Shown: positions 55,725 to 64,000 of the stretch, piece after piece
Layout: each line of letters starts with the position of its first letter
Position numbering within the stretch: position 1 is the first letter of the stretch
Source: a virus
Strand: one strand, 5' to 3'
DNA length: 64,000 nt
Virus record (IMG/VR): IMGVR_UViG_3300041809_000571
Coordinates: 115,841-179,840 of that record
Position numbers and translations under genes: made by a program
Notes under the pieces: generated by a model
Database searches by the model: none
Told to the model about the DNA's origin: nothing
Seen by the model: only the letters and a program-made list of their open reading frames with translations

Positions 55725-58700
55725 TTAGAGGGTTTCTAGCCAATCTGCGGCATCCTGCGTGGAAGTGAAGCTTTTAGACCAGTTTGGATGGTCATGCGGA
55801 CCCATCTCCAAGGTCACTTCTCCCTGAAATGGCATCATCAGAAGAGCCTCGGTGATGAGTCGGCGGCTCTTGGTGACATTTCGTGCCTGAATGGAAAACT
55901 GACCGGCATCCCGGTCAACCCGGAGGTGCCCGTTCTCCATGGCAAGGTTCTCGGCATACCCGAGGTAATCCTCCCCTCCCTGCTCCTCTACCTCCCAATC
56001 ATCCATACCGCAAAGGTTCTCCGCCATCGCCCACTCCCCGTGAAGTTCGTAAGGGTGAGTCATGGGAAGGGGTCGCCCGTCCCGAGATATCCAGCCGCCG
56101 TTTTGAGAGAGCTTGGACCAATCGCCGGAACGTTCAGGCCACGGGCCGGATGGTTGCAGAAGAGGGTTTACCCTGCGCCGGGCAGCTTTCACCCGGAAGC
56201 CCCCCTTTATCTTGCCGCCGTAAACCTGCTCTTCTTCATTGACGTGAGGGGTCTTGTACAAGGACGAGTCGTAACCTCTCGGATTCATCTCCAAGAGCAT
56301 GTTTTCCATAATCCCGGCACCCTCATCATTCGCCGAATGCACAAACCACCGCTGGGGAATGAGGTTGTTAGCCTTGAGCCACTTGATACAATCCACCCCG
56401 GTCTTCTCCTGATATCGTTCGTAAGGTGGTGTACCTGACTTGTACCGTTCTTCCTCCTCGGCGTAAGTGGGGTAATGCTCCAGAGCCAAATCGTGGTCAA
56501 AGGAGATGGCCTCGGGCATGGGATGCGTTGTCATGTACTGGACAAACTCCTCATAGTTCCTGACCCAATCGACATCGGAAGCAGTGGGTCGGCGCATGTC
56601 GTCAACATAAAGGAGCCTAGCGGGTTGCTCCTCCGCCTTCTTCCTCACTTTCTTAGTTGGGTTGACATAGATTTTTAGCAGATTGGGGAAGGTATAGGGG
56701 GCCATGCACTGCCACGCTTCCTCGGGGGTAAGAGGGTAGACTTCCATGAAATCCAGACCCATCTGGAGGCGTTTCTTTGCCCGGTGATTACCGTCAATGA
56801 GGATGTAGTGCTTCTGTGGCTCGGGATGATTTTTATCTGGCTTATAAACGAGTGGAGCCACGATACCGGGCTTCTCGATATCAACCTCGTTCATGTGTTC
56901 CTTGTTCAGGCCCACGTTCATGAGGTTGATTCTGCCCTCTTCCTCCGCTTTGTCATCCTCCACCGTGCCGACAAAAGCCTCAAGGAATGCCTTGGGGGCC
57001 TTCTGTGCGGGCCGGGGATTGGCGGCGATAAACTCTTCTGCTTTGTCAACAGCAAACTGCAATCCCCAGTAGGAGAAGCGCTCATCCTGCCAAGCCTTCT
57101 TAACAGTGGGCTGTGGACCCGTCAGCGGCTTGTACATGATGTACTCGCTGTCTACATAAGGCTCGAACCCTAACTTACCATAGAAGTCATAGAGGGTTTC
57201 TATCTCTGTTACTTCATCTAAGGGAGAGGCGTGCAGGTAGCTGTCTTGTGCTCCTGCCCGGCGTGCCGCCTGTAAAACCGTATCCACGAGAGCGGTGCCC
57301 AGTCCTGTGCGCCGGGCGGCAGGGTTGACTTCCACAGCGAGTAGGAGGAAGGTACGGTAGTTCTCGTTGCCTTCGACCTTATCCGATTCGTCGTAGTCGG
57401 TAGAGAATCCATTTTCATCCAACCAATCTTCCAGTCCCTCAAGGTTGGTGATTTCCCCACGGGCATAGCCAAGGCGGTGTTTGGCTTCAAGCTGGGTTCC
57501 CCTCTTGATAACCCGGATACCACTTCCCGCCGATACCTTCTCTATGGGGGCTTCGGTAACGGACGCCTCACGGGAGATGAATGCAACCTTATCCCGGTCG
57601 GCAACCATCCAGTCCTCTTCTCCGGGAAGCTTGTAGCCTTGCAGTCTACGCCAGATGTTGGGAACCCGCTTCTTGTTGTACCTATCCGGGAGATAGCTCT
57701 TGATTCCTTTCCACCTCGGACTCATGAATTGCATCAAGGCGAAGTACATCGCCTTGCCCAGTCCGTATCCCCGGTGCCGTGGTTTCACTTCCACCAGACC
57801 TATTCCGAGGTAATCGTTCAGGGGTCCACTGTCGCTCTGCCGTTTGGTAGATAGTTTGCCAACACATTTGTTGTCCTCCGTCCATGCCGTGATGTATTCG
57901 GCGTCTTCGGGGTCATCCACGACGATGCGATAGCTTCCTACGTGGGCTACTACGTTCTTGTCTTCCCACTGTTCTACGGAGGCAATCTTCCTTGGCTCCG
58001 GTAGCACTGTGATATTTTTAGGAGGAACAAAGCGAGTTGAATAGGAAGGAACGCCGGTTTCCCCTACCCCCAAGGGGTCCTTCGCCAAGCGTAATCCCTC
58101 AGTCTTAATGCGGAGGGTAACTAGCTCGTCATCCTTACCCCGGATGAACTCAGCGAGGAGATTTTTCCAGTAATCCACCCCCTCAATCGCCGTCAAGAAT
58201 ACCAACCCACGACTCTCCTCGAAGGGGAAGTTTGGCTCCTTTTGCGGAACCAACCCCTCTTGAAGTATCTTGGGGACCCGGCTCTTAAAAGTCACATGAT
58301 AGAGAATCTCGGGAATCTCAGCAGCGGTCTTGGGAACAACCGCCGAGCCGGTACCTTTCCGTTGATACTCCGGGTCGTTCAGGTTGGTGATTACCACTCG
58401 CCAGTCATCCTCTTCTCCGGGGTGGAATTGGTCGCAGGTGATGTCAATAATCTTATCCTGCGTCTCTACCCACCAGTGTAGTCCATGCCTGCCCACCTGC
58501 AAGTGCTCACCCTTTTCCGGCCCCTCTCCATAATACCCACCCGCCCGGTGAGCGTCGGGGAATCCGTGCTCTCGCAGGAACTTCGCCAACAGGTCCGCCA
58601 GACAGAGGCACTGCTCACGGAAACAGGACTTGTCCTCTAACCACTCATACCAATCCTCTTGCTCCTCCCGGAATTGCCACACGAGTTTGGCGAGCGTATC

Positions 58701-60035
58701 CTCCTCGGCGGCTCTCCTTCGCCGGATAACCTTAATCTGCTTATTGATGGCCGCTTTGATATTTTCCGGGAGAGGATAGTTGCAGCCAATTGACCCATCA
58801 TCCTCCACCCAGAAGATGGCGATATCTCCGCTCGTCTTTCCATGGGAATCTCCCCATGGGGTGTCGCCCCAACCAATGGCGGGTCCACCGCCCTGCGGAC
58901 CTTCGGGGGCACGGGGGTCGGTTTTGGTCCAATCGTATTCACTCTGCTCCCTCTCCAGAATCGGCTGGCTGAATATGTGGCTGTGGTGCCATCCACCCGC
59001 CTTACACTCCTGATAGTTGTGGGCTTCTTCAATGTGCCCATCCAGCAAAGACACCGCTCCCAAGGAGAACGGCTTGCCATTCCAACGAGCGTTGTCTCTT
59101 GTGAGAGCGGCGGTCTTGGGTCTTGGGATAAGCTCAATGTGCTTTACCCCGTTCTCCTCCACCACCCGGTAATCCTTAGCCAGCCGTGCCCACACATTCT
59201 TGGCATCCCGAGACTGAGTGAAACCTTCCCTGAATATTTTGTAGCCTTTCTTTCTTGCCTCTTCAATAGCCATGCGGTAGAGAGTCAAGCCGATGCCGTG
59301 GTATTTAAGGTCGGTGCTGACCCATACGTTCATCACCCGAACGGTTCCCTTCTCCTGTGTATACTCGTAGTGCTCCTCGTTGTTCTTCGTGTACGAGTTT
59401 ATGGCGGCGACGGTGATACCCCCGACTTGGTATCCGTCTAGGTAGGCGTTGACCGCAAAGGTGGGATAGGGTCCCGGTTCCTTGGTTATCTTATAAGTTA
59501 CACCTTCGGGGGTGGGGAACTTAGAGGCAAGCTTCCCCTGTTTTGGGGGGTCGGGACGGCAGAATCCCTTTTGGCTAGTCAATAACTCGTCCTCCATGGC
59601 GGTATACTCAAACCCGTCGCTGAACTTAATCTTATAGGCTCTTGGTGACCCTTCTTCAAGACGTTGGACGGGGGTCATACCACTTAACTCCTTCAGCCAT
59701 CCATCTGCCTCTGCCTTTCCTAGCACCGTGACCTTCTGATGTGAGTGATACCACAGCTTGGCATCGGCGGACTCGGGACTCTCCCAACACATATACTCGA
59801 ACCACGCCTGCTCACCGGGCTTCCATTCATTCTTCCAGTAAAGGCGGCTAGTAGCAGGGGACTTGGAGGCGAACTTCCCCTCGTCCTTATCGTCTTGACC
59901 GTTTCCAGTAGTCAGGACCAGACAACATGCACCTTTTTCATCCCTTACAATGCGACATTTGTCGTCTGAGTAAAGGATGGTTTCGTCTTCATCCTTGCTG
60001 TTGACGGGAACTTTGTTCACTGTGTTTTCAGGCAT
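55725..60035 (-). CDS. Giant polyvalent protein (1436 aa): 3 GNAT acetyltransferase modules, a degenerate ART-like module, and a ParB-like nuclease domain
   Basis: GNAT motif A (YHGIGLTLYRMAIEEARKKG, HRGYGLGKAMYFAL, RRTGLGTALVDTVLQAARRAG); ILYHVTFKSRVPKILQEGLVP; ParB-type YILIDGNHRAKKRL near the N-terminus. Confidence 0.8.
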   Translation of the reverse strand: MPENTVNKVPVNSKDEDETILYSDDKCRIVRDEKGACCLVLTTGNGQDDKDEGKFASKSPATSRLYWKNEWKPGEQAWFEYMCWESPESADAKLWYHSHQKVTVLGKAEADGWLKELSGMTPVQRLEEGSPRAYKIKFSDGFEYTAMEDELLTSQKGFCRPDPPKQGKLASKFPTPEGVTYKITKEPGPYPTFAVNAYLDGYQVGGITVAAINSYTKNNEEHYEYTQEKGTVRVMNVWVSTDLKYHGIGLTLYRMAIEEARKKGYKIFREGFTQSRDAKNVWARLAKDYRVVEENGVKHIELIPRPKTAALTRDNARWNGKPFSLGAVSLLDGHIEEAHNYQECKAGGWHHSHIFSQPILEREQSEYDWTKTDPRAPEGPQGGGPAIGWGDTPWGDSHGKTSGDIAIFWVEDDGSIGCNYPLPENIKAAINKQIKVIRRRRAAEEDTLAKLVWQFREEQEDWYEWLEDKSCFREQCLCLADLLAKFLREHGFPDAHRAGGYYGEGPEKGEHLQVGRHGLHWWVETQDKIIDITCDQFHPGEEDDWRVVITNLNDPEYQRKGTGSAVVPKTAAEIPEILYHVTFKSRVPKILQEGLVPQKEPNFPFEESRGLVFLTAIEGVDYWKNLLAEFIRGKDDELVTLRIKTEGLRLAKDPLGVGETGVPSYSTRFVPPKNITVLPEPRKIASVEQWEDKNVVAHVGSYRIVVDDPEDAEYITAWTEDNKCVGKLSTKRQSDSGPLNDYLGIGLVEVKPRHRGYGLGKAMYFALMQFMSPRWKGIKSYLPDRYNKKRVPNIWRRLQGYKLPGEEDWMVADRDKVAFISREASVTEAPIEKVSAGSGIRVIKRGTQLEAKHRLGYARGEITNLEGLEDWLDENGFSTDYDESDKVEGNENYRTFLLLAVEVNPAARRTGLGTALVDTVLQAARRAGAQDSYLHASPLDEVTEIETLYDFYGKLGFEPYVDSEYIMYKPLTGPQPTVKKAWQDERFSYWGLQFAVDKAEEFIAANPRPAQKAPKAFLEAFVGTVEDDKAEEEGRINLMNVGLNKEHMNEVDIEKPGIVAPLVYKPDKNHPEPQKHYILIDGNHRAKKRLQMGLDFMEVYPLTPEEAWQCMAPYTFPNLLKIYVNPTKKVRKKAEEQPARLLYVDDMRRPTASDVDWVRNYEEFVQYMTTHPMPEAISFDHDLALEHYPTYAEEEERYKSGTPPYERYQEKTGVDCIKWLKANNLIPQRWFVHSANDEGAGIMENMLLEMNPRGYDSSLYKTPHVNEEEQVYGGKIKGGFRVKAARRRVNPLLQPSGPWPERSGDWSKLSQNGGWISRDGRPLPMTHPYELHGEWAMAENLCGMDDWEVEEQGGEDYLGYAENLAMENGHLRVDRDAGQFSIQARNVTKSRRLITEALLMMPFQGEVTLEMGPHDHPNWSKSFTSTQDAADWLETL

Positions 60036-60699
60036 AAGCCTTGGTTTCCTTCTCCCACATTTTCAGATATTCAACCGCCCTTTGCACAATGCCGATATCA
60101 TCCTTTAGCAAGCCTATTCCACGATTGCAGCCTCCGCAGAGCATCCCACGAGGAGAATCCGTTATGTGGTTGTGGTCAAGGTCCGTTGCCGGTGCCTGTC
60201 GGCATATGGCACAAAGCCCTGCTTGGACAGTAAGCCGTTCTTGGATGTAGGACTCGTCAACACCGTATATATAGCGGCGATGTGCCGCTTGGACCTTTCT
60301 TGGGTTGTTTTTTCTCCATTCGGCATGCTGCTTTCGCCTCTTTTCCAGACTACGATGCTCTAGCTGCTGGCTGTAGCAAGCCTTACATAACCCAAATGCT
60401 TCATGGGGACGGTCTGGGTGGCACCCCGCCTTTCTCCCCTTGAAGTTCCCCTTGTGCATAGAATCAACGATAAACTGCTTGTTTTTCTTTCGGCACTCCT
60501 CCTTGAAACAGGTCGTAAGGTCCTTTGCATAGTATCTGGGAACCTTGAATTCCTCATTGCAAAACCGACAAATCCTCCTTATCGAATGCTTCTCTCTTGT
60601 TGCCTCGCCATAGCATTTCCGGCTACAAAAATTTTTCTCTTTGATGCTCGCAGGGCACCTGTCAAACTCTTTTTTGCACCATCCACATTCCACCAACAT
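60028..60699 (-). CDS. HNH homing endonuclease (endonuclease VII-type HNH) with N-terminal Cys-rich zinc-finger repeats
   Basis: GLCAICRQAPATDLDHNHITDSPRGMLCGGCNRGIG. Confidence 0.75.
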   Translation of the reverse strand: MLVECGWCKKEFDRCPASIKEKNFCSRKCYGEATREKHSIRRICRFCNEEFKVPRYYAKDLTTCFKEECRKKNKQFIVDSMHKGNFKGRKAGCHPDRPHEAFGLCKACYSQQLEHRSLEKRRKQHAEWRKNNPRKVQAAHRRYIYGVDESYIQERLTVQAGLCAICRQAPATDLDHNHITDSPRGMLCGGCNRGIGLLKDDIGIVQRAVEYLKMWEKETKAYA

Positions 60700-60729
60700 A
60701 AAGCACCTCCTATATGAAGGAGGTAAAAG

Positions 60730-63700
60730 TTAAGGTTTCAAGGGGTTATGCCCCATGTCAGAATTGGAGTCCCATATTTCAACCGTACCGGGGTCTTTCT
60801 CGTTTGTTGCTTCTAACGGAACCCCGATGTGCTCCAATGTCCAGACCCGGACTAGCAACTTAATCTTGTCTTTTAGCTTCTCATCCGCCAGCCGGGCGGT
60901 GAAGATTTTCACCTCCACACCATCCTCGATTGCCGCCTTGATTTTCTCCACCATCGCCGGTACCGGCTCGCCAATCTTGAGCGGGTCGAACTCCTCCGTC
61001 TCCTTGGCGAGAGTGCCATCAAGGTCCACGCCAATCCACTCCCCCCACTCCTTGGCGGCAGTGATATCTGTCTTCCGAGGGTTAAATTCTCCCGTATTGC
61101 TGAGAGCCGATTTAATTTGGTTGGCATTGAACACCCCGAAGTTTAGGGCGTTAAGCTCCACCAAAGCGACTCCATCATACCCCGCCTTCTTAATGAAAAA
61201 GAGGAAACTGGGAAGCTCCAAGGCTACCCATGAGCCTTTGGCAACCTGACTGACAAAAGCATCGGCATCATATTTGACTTTCTGCCGGTCGGTAAGCTCC
61301 TCCTCCATGACTCCGTAGTAATCGGCACATGCTCGGCTCTCATCAAACTGGTCCATCTCCCCGGAGTTGAAGTATTCCTCGGCAAGATACTGGGCATCGT
61401 TCTGACGGTAGTCAAACAGTTTCTTTATCTTAAGATAACAGGGCATGATGTTTGCCCCAATGGTCGCCTGTCCCCCATCCATGACAGGGGTGCCTTTCTC
61501 TTCTTCCCACTTCATAACCCCGGAATACATGGAAGCGAAGTCCGGGTTGGTGGTAAAGAATATCAAGCCGCCTCGGAATCCTTTGTCCTGTCGGAACCGC
61601 TGGAAGTTTGACGAAGTGCCGTGGTAAACCTTGAGGGGCTTACCGTCCTTGCCTACAATCTCAGAGCCATCAAACCACCGCCTGAATCCCGGCTCCTGCG
61701 TGATGTCAAAGGGTCGCCGGGGCGGGAGGTCTAGCTTAAGCTGTTCTGCCGCCGTCATCCTCGGCGACCTTGGGTTGAAGGTCCCCACATTCTTAATGGC
61801 GGATTTTGCTTGCCGGGGATTCCAGATGATGTAGTGGTGGGTCCCCGGATAAATTCCCATGTTGGGGAACTGCTTATCCGGCTCCATCTGGATGATACCG
61901 TCGAATCCCATTGTGCGGTAGACTTGGGAGATGAAATCCCCGGCGTTGATGTAAACATCTTCGGGAAGATTATCAGAGTTACGGAAAGCTTGCTCAAACT
62001 CATAGGCGGTGAAATCACTGTAGAGTTCACCGTTCGCCGTCACTTTACTCCAAACATCCTGTCCATCCACACCCTGTTTTTCAGCGACTTTCAAGACGGC
62101 ATTGTAAAGCCGCATCCCCGAGCCGGATTCCCGGCCTGTCGCCTCATTGTAGTTTATGTAAAACTCAGTCCCACCTTTTCGGGTGACGACGACCGGTCTC
62201 TCGATACGCAGGTAAGTGGCGTAGACTATCCCCTCTTCATCGGGACCCACAATTTCCTTTATGGCACGTTCGTTGGCGTCGGCTCGCAGGTCTTGATACT
62301 CAGTGGTATTATACCCCGGAAAATCCTCCCCCATCTCGCTGTAAAGGTCGTTGATGAGTTCATCCGTCCGGCGCTCAATACGATTGGTGATGTCGGGTCC
62401 GGTCGGTGTGGCGTAGTTCCTTGTTACATCGCCTTCACTGTCAGTGAAATATATTCCCTGCCCATAATAATTCTCAACATCAGAACGGGAGGGATTGAAC
62501 ACCTCAAACTGATGGGTGCTGCCGTGGTAGACAGGTTTGGGACTACCATCCGGTTCCTTCACCACAGAGTTGCGGAACCACGCCTTAAACGCCGGGGTAT
62601 TCGTCATCTCCTGCTTGGGGTGGAGATAAGTTAGGTCATTAACGGAGACTCCCGCCGTTACAGACTTCTGCACCGCAACCTGACCCACAAGCTGGACGGC
62701 TCTGCCGGTGTAGGTTCGCCACTCGCCCAATGCGCTCTCCTGCGTCCCCATGGCTCCGGGAATGGGCTTGAACTCCAGCACCGCTACTTGCTCCTCATCT
62801 GTTTGTGCCAAGGCGGCGGTATCGGACATGAAGAACAGAGGGTCCATCCTGCCGCCTGCCTGCTCCCGGAAGAAAGCCCATGTTTTGAAAAGCTGGAAAG
62901 CGTCCTCTCGCTTTTCCTCGGGAGTGGCCGGTCTCTCAAAGTATGAATAGTATTGAGCGTCCCGGCCTTGCCAACCGTGCGCTCCCTTGGCGGGAACATA
63001 TCCAAGGGTCTTAGCTTCCTCCGCTGTCATCCCCATGGCACTGCTGCGCTCGGGGATATCCATGGAGTGCTTGGTAGTTACCCCCCGAACAACGGCAGAA
63101 AGAACAGAGGGAAGACCGTCCTCATCCACCACCATGTTGGACTGGGTGCCGTAATAGCGCTTGATGTCGCTTAGCCACTCCCGTTGTGCCCCCTCACCCT
63201 TACGAGCGGTTTCCAGCATCTCCTGCGGAGTGAACCTGCCGCTGGCTACACGGATAGCGATAAGGATGGCATGATAGATATCCTCGGCAATCCGCAAATC
63301 GGTGGTGAAACTAATGGATTTCTCTGTACCCCCACCTAGCCCATGACCATAACCCTGATTAAGCTCCTCTCGGGTCTTTATGCCCCCATAAAAAACCGCA
63401 TCCGCCGCTGTAGTTACGTGGTAGAGCCGGGCGGGAAGGGGCTTGAATGCCTTGCTACAACTGCCGCCGATACAGCCCGGTGAAAGGTCCCTCTGGTCAG
63501 CCTCCTCGGGAGAGATTTTACCGAGGGAAAGGGCGGTAAGCAAGGAGGTCTGCCATTCCTTCCTACGCTGCCAACGCTTATGACCCTCCTCCTGTGTCTC
63601 TTGCTCGTTCCACACCCCGGAGTAATCACGCTCATTTTGCAGATAAGCGTCATCGGCGGCGGCTGTAACTGAGAGAGATTCTCTCTGTGGTAGTGGAACT

Positions 63701-64000
63701 TCTTCCATGGATTCCTTAACCTTGCCTGTTTCGATAGCCTTGCGCTTGTCCAACCGCCATGCTCTGGTGGGCCAGACTACTCCCTGATGAGCAGCGTGCG
63801 CCCCGTGTTCAAGGAGCCACTGAGTAAGCCTTGGAGTAACATACTTCTGGAGTTTCTTGCCTATGACGGTAAGTTCCCCGAAGTCGTTATAGTAATCCAG
63901 TTTCTTCCGCTGTGTGGGAGTAAGTTGGTGAATAAGGCCCCATACATCGTGAATTATCTCCTCGGGTACTCCCGGCTGATTGATGGGTTGGTCGTCAAAC
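60730..64000 (-). CDS. Polyvalent protein with 3 ART-like modules and a C-terminal HAD-like domain; N-terminus lies beyond the window end
   Basis: RLYHVTTAAD, PVYHGSTHQFEVFNP and KVYHGTSSNFQRF; C-terminal IGVDLDGTLA HAD motif I; the reading frame continues without a stop from the TTG at 63753 up to position 64000. Confidence 0.75.
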   Translation of the reverse strand, partial: FDDQPINQPGVPEEIIHDVWGLIHQLTPTQRKKLDYYNDFGELTVIGKKLQKYVTPRLTQWLLEHGAHAAHQGVVWPTRAWRLDKRKAIETGKVKESMEEVPLPQRESLSVTAAADDAYLQNERDYSGVWNEQETQEEGHKRWQRRKEWQTSLLTALSLGKISPEEADQRDLSPGCIGGSCSKAFKPLPARLYHVTTAADAVFYGGIKTREELNQGYGHGLGGGTEKSISFTTDLRIAEDIYHAILIAIRVASGRFTPQEMLETARKGEGAQREWLSDIKRYYGTQSNMVVDEDGLPSVLSAVVRGVTTKHSMDIPERSSAMGMTAEEAKTLGYVPAKGAHGWQGRDAQYYSYFERPATPEEKREDAFQLFKTWAFFREQAGGRMDPLFFMSDTAALAQTDEEQVAVLEFKPIPGAMGTQESALGEWRTYTGRAVQLVGQVAVQKSVTAGVSVNDLTYLHPKQEMTNTPAFKAWFRNSVVKEPDGSPKPVYHGSTHQFEVFNPSRSDVENYYGQGIYFTDSEGDVTRNYATPTGPDITNRIERRTDELINDLYSEMGEDFPGYNTTEYQDLRADANERAIKEIVGPDEEGIVYATYLRIERPVVVTRKGGTEFYINYNEATGRESGSGMRLYNAVLKVAEKQGVDGQDVWSKVTANGELYSDFTAYEFEQAFRNSDNLPEDVYINAGDFISQVYRTMGFDGIIQMEPDKQFPNMGIYPGTHHYIIWNPRQAKSAIKNVGTFNPRSPRMTAAEQLKLDLPPRRPFDITQEPGFRRWFDGSEIVGKDGKPLKVYHGTSSNFQRFRQDKGFRGGLIFFTTNPDFASMYSGVMKWEEEKGTPVMDGGQATIGANIMPCYLKIKKLFDYRQNDAQYLAEEYFNSGEMDQFDESRACADYYGVMEEELTDRQKVKYDADAFVSQVAKGSWVALELPSFLFFIKKAGYDGVALVELNALNFGVFNANQIKSALSNTGEFNPRKTDITAAKEWGEWIGVDLDGTLAKETEEFDPLKIGEPVPAMVEKIKAAIEDGVEVKIFTARLADEKLKDKIKLLVRVWTLEHIGVPLEATNEKDPGTVEIWDSNSDMGHNPLKP

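Overview
This 64 kb window looks like part of a large tailed bacteriophage genome, possibly a jumbo or huge phage, with fairly high GC. Gene density is high and almost everything is coding. The layout is: a small minus-strand island with a radical SAM enzyme and Cys-rich ORFs (988-2820); a long plus-strand block of small early/middle-type genes (2866-22021) that includes a PglC-like sugar transferase, a PEP-CTERM-like secreted protein, a GHKL ATPase (rIIA-like) with an rIIB-like partner, and a scattered RNA/tRNA-repair toolkit (HNH-RNA ligase fusion, HAD hydrolase, PTH2-like protein, SpoT-like HD hydrolase, CCA-adding enzyme); a tail-fibre module built around a 1532-aa collagen-like fibre (22063-29824) and a second minus-strand fibre island (31487-33670); and finally a >24 kb minus-strand mega-locus (39410 to beyond 64000) of five giant polyvalent proteins carrying about 12 diphtheria-toxin/PARP-like (H-Y-E) ADP-ribosyltransferase modules plus GNAT, ParB-like, nucleotidyltransferase, HExxH and HAD domains, interrupted by GIY-YIG and HNH homing endonuclease genes. 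Two recurrent promoter-like DNA motif families and several terminator hairpins are visible. No rRNA, tRNA or CRISPR was found. All functional calls rest on motifs read directly from the translations and on general family knowledge; no database search was possible.
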